In this document: in pieces, positions 54,358 to 58,777 of the stretch
Position numbering within the stretch: position 1 is the stretch's first letter
How the letters are laid out: each line of letters begins with the position of its first letter
NCBI GenBank assembly: GCA_049997855.1
Contig: JBEKSG010000006.1
Span: 1-58,777 of the forward strand
Length of the DNA stretch: 58,777 nt
Direction of reading: 5' to 3'
From: Minisyncoccia bacterium
Lineage (GTDB): Bacteria > Patescibacteriota > Minisyncoccia > Phycocordibacterales > SBAW01
The notes under the pieces: model-generated
Told to the model about the DNA's origin: nothing
The model's database searches: none
The model's input: the letters and a program-made list of their open reading frames with translations, nothing else
Position numbers and translations under genes: made by a program

Positions 54358-54455
54358 TCTGCATGGGAGTTTCGCCGATCTTCACGGCGAAAAAACAGAC
54401 TGCCTATAACACGCGCACGGGTGGTGTGGGGCAAGTGTTATATCAAAAACGTATT

Positions 54456-54612
54456 CGACCTCCCCTCCAAAAAACTCTCCCTCCAAAAAATCTTCGGCTC
54501 CAACCTTTCCTTACATACGCGCGAAGCGCGCGGCGTGGCTCAACCACAATGGGCTTCACTGCGTGAAGCCCAAAATAATTTTGATATATCTAGTCCTGTC
54601 CTACCTATTGCG
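54456..54612 (-). repeat. Inverted repeat IR1, right copy (duplicates the 3' end of the recombinase gene)
   Basis: Exact reverse complement of 50384-50540. This explains the track ORF 54421..54654. Confidence 0.95.
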
Positions 54613-54775
54613 CAGCTCTACTGCGTTCTTAGAACCCATTTTAGCAGAAAATGAGACTTCTAGGGTAGTCATTCGGGCGTGATCTACCCCTTCATTCACC
54701 CCTTCATTCGACCTACACCGGAATGAAGGGGTAGCTCCTCTCGATATTGGCTTCAACACTCGCTCTTTGCCATAT

Positions 54776-54934
54776 CCTCGCGAAAAAACTCAACCCCTAC
54801 TTCACTCCGCAACACCCCGTGTGTTGCTCCGTGAAGGACGGCCACGGAGTACCGTGTCCGTCCGCCCCCGTTCGAGTCCGGTGGCTCGGCCTTCTCCTTC
54901 CGTCCTGCTGTCTCTTTTTGCTCGTGTGGGGGGG
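54776..54934 (+). repeat. Inverted repeat IR2, left copy
   Basis: Matches the reverse complement of 58618-58777, with 2 substitutions and a G7/C8 homopolymer difference at the inner edge. Contains three consecutive hairpins and a GTTCGAGTCC T-loop-like motif. Confidence 0.9.
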
Positions 54935-55004
54935 TAGAACTGCGAAAAAGGATAGGACGGGAAGGAAGAAGGCCTCGTTCGAGGGGGTCTAAAACAGGTA
55001 TACT

Positions 55005-55880
55005 TTGGATGTGTCTAGTGAACCAAAACCACGTCGTCAAAAGTTCGTTCGAGGTGAAGCCGACCCCCTCAGATTGACGTCCCGCGACACCGCAATTCTT
55101 TCCGATGTGGCCGAGTACCGCTTTTTGAATACGGAACAACTTCTGTCTTTGCACGAAGGGAGCCGCCGCAACATCGTTGAGCGATTGAGCCTTCTCTACC
55201 ATCACCACTTTCTTGATAGGCCAAAGGTGCAAAAAGCGGCAAACCTAGCGTCTGCCCATGTCGTCTATTCTCTCGACCGAAAAGGCGTTGATGTATTAGC
55301 CAAGGACGCGCAGGAGCGGCAAGGAATTTTGCGCCGCGTGCAGGAGGTTAAACACACGTCGCCCCTCATCGCTCACGCTTTGATGATCTCACAATTCCGC
55401 GTTTGCCTTACGCTCGCGCTCAAAAGTCGTCCGAGTGTAAAGCTCATACGCTGGACGCAGGGCAACGATCTAAAAACTCTGTTGCGGCATCGCGGCGAAA
55501 ATCCCGAACTCGTGCCGGATGCCTTTTTCATTCTAGATACGTCCGAGTTTAAGTACCCGTGTTTTCTCGAAGCGGATCGCGGGACGATGACGGAGGAGAG
55601 GTTTGTAAATAAGCTCCGGCTATACTGGCGGCACTACCGCGAGGATCGTTTCAACAAGACGCTCGGCATTTCCCATTTCCGCGTCCTCACCATTACCCCG
55701 AACGAAGCGCGGAGCGCGAACTTGTGCCGCGCCGCCAAAGAAGCCGACGACCGCAAGCAAGGCAGTGGCATGTTTCTATTTATGTCCGAGACAGCATACG
55801 GGACGACGAGGCCGGACGAGCTGTTGAAGGAGGCCTGGAAATGTCCGAAATTCGATACGATGCAGGGTATCATTCATTGA
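55005..55880 (+). CDS. Replication-relaxation family protein (wHTH plus PD-(D/E)XK-like core)
   Basis: 291-aa ORF; LTSRDTAILSDVAEYRFLNTEQL, PDAFFILD, and FLEADRGTM motifs. Confidence 0.65.
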   Translation: MDVSSEPKPRRQKFVRGEADPLRLTSRDTAILSDVAEYRFLNTEQLLSLHEGSRRNIVERLSLLYHHHFLDRPKVQKAANLASAHVVYSLDRKGVDVLAKDAQERQGILRRVQEVKHTSPLIAHALMISQFRVCLTLALKSRPSVKLIRWTQGNDLKTLLRHRGENPELVPDAFFILDTSEFKYPCFLEADRGTMTEERFVNKLRLYWRHYREDRFNKTLGISHFRVLTITPNEARSANLCRAAKEADDRKQGSGMFLFMSETAYGTTRPDELLKEAWKCPKFDTMQGIIH

Positions 55881-56022
55881 CGGCCGACTGGGGCACGAGA
55901 GAAGCCCTGAAAACTCGCTATCGCTCGCGTTCAGAACTAGGACAGTTCTGAAAAACATAAATATAGTCTATGTTTTTACTCGCATCCTTGGAACTGTAAA
56001 ACTACTAGCCTATACTGCGATT

Positions 56023-56871
56023 ATGAGTCATCTTGGAGATATACAGTATGCAGGCGTGGCCGGGATATCGAGAGATTGCGAAGACGCCGTTCTACGGTTC
56101 CTGCAATACGGGGATCGGATAACGAAGGTGCGAATCCTTTCCGCAAACGCAACTCATTGTTTGCTGCTTACCACTAATTCGGGCGATCTTGTTGCGATCA
56201 AAACTGGCTTCGCGTCCGGCTATAACGGCGAGGGGCCGCGGCGCTTTTCGTATGTGCTCGCGATTCTCGATGCCTATGAGATTGAGATAGAGGAGTACGA
56301 CGTGAAAGGGTCGCTCCTAACACGCGTTGATAATTCCGCACTAGAAAAGTCAGATCTTGATGTAATCAAGAATACGCGTCCGGTACGGGGTGCCCGTTGG
56401 CGCGATTACGTTTACCTTGAACACGAAGATCCAAAACAGTGGGATGCACTATGGCAAGAGTTTCCTCCTGCAATTCCGTTCGGTATCATCGACAGCAGGA
56501 TCATTGATCTCGCAATCTCGTTCTGGGAGAATCCAGACGATAAGATTTTTACAGGATACCGCCGTCTTGAAGATATCGTTCGAGAAAGGATTGGTAGCAA
56601 AGAACACGGCGCAGAATTGTTCTCTCGCGCTTTTTTAGGATCGCCCCCTCAGCTTGGATGGAAAGACATTCATAACGGGAGTGAACAGGCGGGTAGAGCG
56701 AATCTATTTAAAGATGCGTATCTTGCATACCGTAATCCTCGTGGGCATAGGGAGCCGAAGCAAGGCCATCAAGCCCGACAAAATCTTAGAGAATTTCTCC
56801 TTCTGAATCATCTCTATACTCTCGAAAAGGAGGCTATTCCGATGGAGGTTGCCGAAAGTAAAACTCTATAA
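56023..56871 (+). CDS. Two-domain protein with a C-terminal TIGR02391/Ymh-type domain
   Basis: The C-terminal pattern LFSRAF...GRANLFKDAYLAYRNPRGHRE...REFLLLNHLY matches my memory of the Ymh family. The N-domain is unknown. Confidence 0.55.
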   Translation: MSHLGDIQYAGVAGISRDCEDAVLRFLQYGDRITKVRILSANATHCLLLTTNSGDLVAIKTGFASGYNGEGPRRFSYVLAILDAYEIEIEEYDVKGSLLTRVDNSALEKSDLDVIKNTRPVRGARWRDYVYLEHEDPKQWDALWQEFPPAIPFGIIDSRIIDLAISFWENPDDKIFTGYRRLEDIVRERIGSKEHGAELFSRAFLGSPPQLGWKDIHNGSEQAGRANLFKDAYLAYRNPRGHREPKQGHQARQNLREFLLLNHLYTLEKEAIPMEVAESKTL

Positions 56872-56916
56872 GTTATCTGCTCTTCAACTTTTGCGAGAAA
56901 GGACTAAAGTGGTAAA

Positions 56917-57111
56917 ATGGCTAATATGAAACAGCAATCTAAGAAAACGAAGACGGCAAAAAAGCTTATAGACCTGTATGAGCAGTATCAGGTATTCAGA
57001 CGTGTTTCTGAAATGGCACCAAAAAGGAAACTACTCCCTTTTACGCTCGATCAGGAAATAGAGAGCATAAATCCCTACTATGTACGAAATGAAAACGTGA
57101 ACTATGGCTAA
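56917..57111 (+). CDS. Small basic hypothetical protein
   Basis: 64-aa ORF overlapping the next gene's start by 8 nt (translational coupling). Confidence 0.45.
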   Translation: MANMKQQSKKTKTAKKLIDLYEQYQVFRRVSEMAPKRKLLPFTLDQEIESINPYYVRNENVNYG

Positions 57112-58138
57112 GAATGAAGACGAAGTGAGAGAGCCGGAGGTCTTGCCTCTACCAGATTCGCAACAGCAACCCAAACAGGTGAGTACATTCGAGGAACCAT
57201 ACTTTATGAGTCTCGAAAGAGACAAGCAGCAAAGTAAAAGGGCTTTTGAAGACAGTAGAAAAAACGCGCGAGTAGAAAGAATAAAGGCGATACAGAATAT
57301 TAGGGGCGGATCTAAGATCGTCGTTTATTATTCGATTGGTACTTTGACCGCAAACGACGCAGAAATTCTTTTCGACCTCCTTCAGAGTGTTGGTAAACAG
57401 AAAAAACTTGATCTGTTTTTACTAAGCCCCGGTGGTTATGTTGACCCCGCTTTTAAAATGGCGAAGATGTGCCGTGACTTCGCTGAAGAAAAATTTGGAA
57501 TAATAATTCCGCACTACGCGAAAAGTGCGGCCACTCTCCTTTCTCTCGGAGGCGACGAACTGGTGATGGGATCTGCATCGGAAATCGGGCCGATAGATCC
57601 ACAAATTGAGATAATGGATGAATATGGTAGAAAATTTAATGTTTCAGCGAACTCTGTCGAGGATGCTCTAGAAGTCATCGAGGAGCACTCGGCTGGCGAT
57701 CCCATAAAGTCTTTGAAGTACATGCCGTTGATAGAAAAAATCAACTTGAACACTCTTGGCCAATATCGAAGGGCGTTGGATAGCTCTAAGCAATATGCGA
57801 AAGATTTATTAAAGACGGGGAAACTTCTCAAGAAGAGAGACGCGAAAACAATAGAATCAGTTGCGAATAAATTAGCAACTTATTATTTTTCGCATGCTTA
57901 TCCAATCAAAACCGATGTTGCGGCAAGGGAACTACATTTTAACGTCGTAGATGCAAGCGCGAATAAACCACTCTGGCAAGCTATGTGGCAGCTCCATAAG
58001 CTTTATGATGCGATGATAAAAGAATCACGCACCGACAAAACGATGATAACTACAATTTTTGAAGCGGAAGAGTTCAGCGTATCAATGACGAAATCTCTAG
58101 TACAAGAGCAAGAACAATATGAGCAAAGAAGAAAATAA
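57104..58138 (+). CDS. SDH-family ClpP-fold serine proteinase
   Basis: LDLFLLSPGGYVDPAFKM, YAKSAATLLSLGGDE, and IGPIDPQ motifs. Confidence 0.7.
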   Translation: MAKNEDEVREPEVLPLPDSQQQPKQVSTFEEPYFMSLERDKQQSKRAFEDSRKNARVERIKAIQNIRGGSKIVVYYSIGTLTANDAEILFDLLQSVGKQKKLDLFLLSPGGYVDPAFKMAKMCRDFAEEKFGIIIPHYAKSAATLLSLGGDELVMGSASEIGPIDPQIEIMDEYGRKFNVSANSVEDALEVIEEHSAGDPIKSLKYMPLIEKINLNTLGQYRRALDSSKQYAKDLLKTGKLLKKRDAKTIESVANKLATYYFSHAYPIKTDVAARELHFNVVDASANKPLWQAMWQLHKLYDAMIKESRTDKTMITTIFEAEEFSVSMTKSLVQEQEQYEQRRK

Positions 58139-58520
58139 AACTGAGCGGCCAATATTGCAGTTCTCTGTCCTATGCGATGGAATCGCCACTCCGAAGGAAA
58201 TGGGGAATAAGCCCGTTTTCATTGGCGTATTCAGTAGTTTATTAAGGCCGATGGCACTGCCTCAGTTTTTTATTGTTAATAGATGGATAAGTGGCCTCGG
58301 CGAGCATACGCAGATAATCAAAATACTTGATCCGGATTTGAAAGAAATAGCAAAAACCCAAGCCCAAAAGTTGGTTCTAACATCAAAGGTGGGTTCTGCC
58401 GATGTAGTTAATGCGTTTGTAAATCTAAATTTCCCTAAGGCGGGAGTATATTGGATAAAAATCGAACTTGATGAAAAAACCGCGATGTCGTATCCGCTTC
58501 CGGTTTTTGAAATGAAGTAA
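58119..58520 (+). CDS. Small hypothetical protein, translationally coupled to the protease gene
   Basis: 133-aa ORF overlapping the preceding gene by 20 nt. Beta-rich composition with no catalytic motif recognised. Confidence 0.5.
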   Translation: MSKEENKTERPILQFSVLCDGIATPKEMGNKPVFIGVFSSLLRPMALPQFFIVNRWISGLGEHTQIIKILDPDLKEIAKTQAQKLVLTSKVGSADVVNAFVNLNFPKAGVYWIKIELDEKTAMSYPLPVFEMK

Positions 58521-58538
58521 GCGCATTAAATTAGTTTC

Positions 58539-58571
58539 GCTCACGGCCATGCGGCCGTGAGCTTTTATTTT
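58539..58571 (+). terminator. Rho-independent terminator
   Basis: 10-bp stem GCTCACGGCC/GGCCGTGAGC followed by TTTTATTTT. Confidence 0.8.
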
Positions 58572-58617
58572 CTTAGCGGTTTGAAAAATATTTCATATTT
58601 TTCAATTTCTATTTATT

Positions 58618-58777
58618 CCCCCCCCACACGAGCAAAAAGAGACAGTAGGACGGAAGGAGAAGGCCGAGCCACCGGACGCGAACGGGGGCGGACGGACACG
58701 GTACTCCGTGGCCGTCCTTCACGGAGCAACACACGGGGTGTTGCGGAGTGAAGTAGGGGTTGAGTTTTTTCGCGAGG
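58618..58777 (-). repeat. Inverted repeat IR2, right copy (truncated by the window end)
   Basis: Its reverse complement aligns base for base with 54776-54934, apart from 2 substitutions. Confidence 0.9.

Larger units (their letters stand above)
50384..54612. mobile_element. Serine-recombinase cassette bounded by perfect 157-bp inverted repeats (invertible or integrative element carrying an R-M system)
   Basis: 50384-50540 is the exact reverse complement of 54456-54612. The left end overlaps the last 2 nt of tRNA-Ser. The interior encodes a recombinase, an HTH controller, a methyltransferase and a nuclease, and is visibly more AT-rich. Confidence 0.65.

Noticed and set aside
54421-54654. 77-aa ORF that looks like a small gene next to the restriction enzyme.
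   Set aside because: Its sequence from DLPSKK onward is the duplicated 3' end of the recombinase gene carried in IR1-R. I treat it as part of the repeat, not as an independent gene.
54747-54992. ORFs lying inside the IR2 copies (54747..54992 + and 58557..58751 +).
   Set aside because: They are translations of a hairpin-rich inverted repeat read on opposite strands. They have no start context and are Cys/Arg/Gly-rich low-complexity sequence.

Overview
The window reads as a chromosomal fragment from a small-genome, Patescibacteria/CPR-like bacterium. I infer that lineage from several traits: no rpmD between rpsE and rplO, a trigger factor without a PPIase domain, a short PGK, a ComEC without an MBL domain, many r-protein extensions, and almost no Shine-Dalgarno sequences in front of core genes. 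All product calls come from motif recognition in the supplied translations; no database search was run.

Layout:
- 1-12.2 kb: housekeeping genes (clpP, tig, ppa, nusA, a GspE/PilB-type ATPase, tpiA, pgk, HIT, recJ, rnhA, comEC, sodA).
- 12.6-34.8 kb: the str/S10/spc ribosomal superoperon (rpmB, rpsL, rpsG, fusA, tuf, rpsJ ... rplO, secY, adk, map, ndk). It is interrupted twice by small accessory islands, one between rpsG and fusA (14.6-16.6 kb) and one between rplE and rpsN (27.2-28.8 kb).
- 35-50 kb: a beta-CASP RNase, a LOG-like protein, infC-rpmI-rplT, surface and membrane proteins, smpB plus tmRNA, ftsH, an orphan pyrD, an amidohydrolase, tRNA-Ile(UAU), recG and an S53 peptidase.
- 50.3-58.8 kb: a mobile/accessory region that starts exactly at the 3' end of tRNA-Ser(GCU).

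The mobile region holds two cassettes. The first carries a large serine recombinase and a controller/methyltransferase/nuclease R-M set, enclosed by a perfect 157-bp inverted repeat that includes the recombinase's own 3' end. The second is enclosed by an inverted repeat of at least 159 bp and is cut by the window end. It carries a replication-relaxation-type protein and a four-gene candidate defence module: a Ymh-domain protein, a small basic protein, a ClpP-fold SDH-type serine protease and a small protein of unknown function.

At least six families of short dispersed palindromic or repeated elements pepper the ribosomal operons, and several of them lie inside coding sequence. The most notable RNA-level candidates are a 45-nt two-hairpin element directly upstream of three start codons, and a roughly 190-nt leader with mutually exclusive pairings in the spc-operon island.
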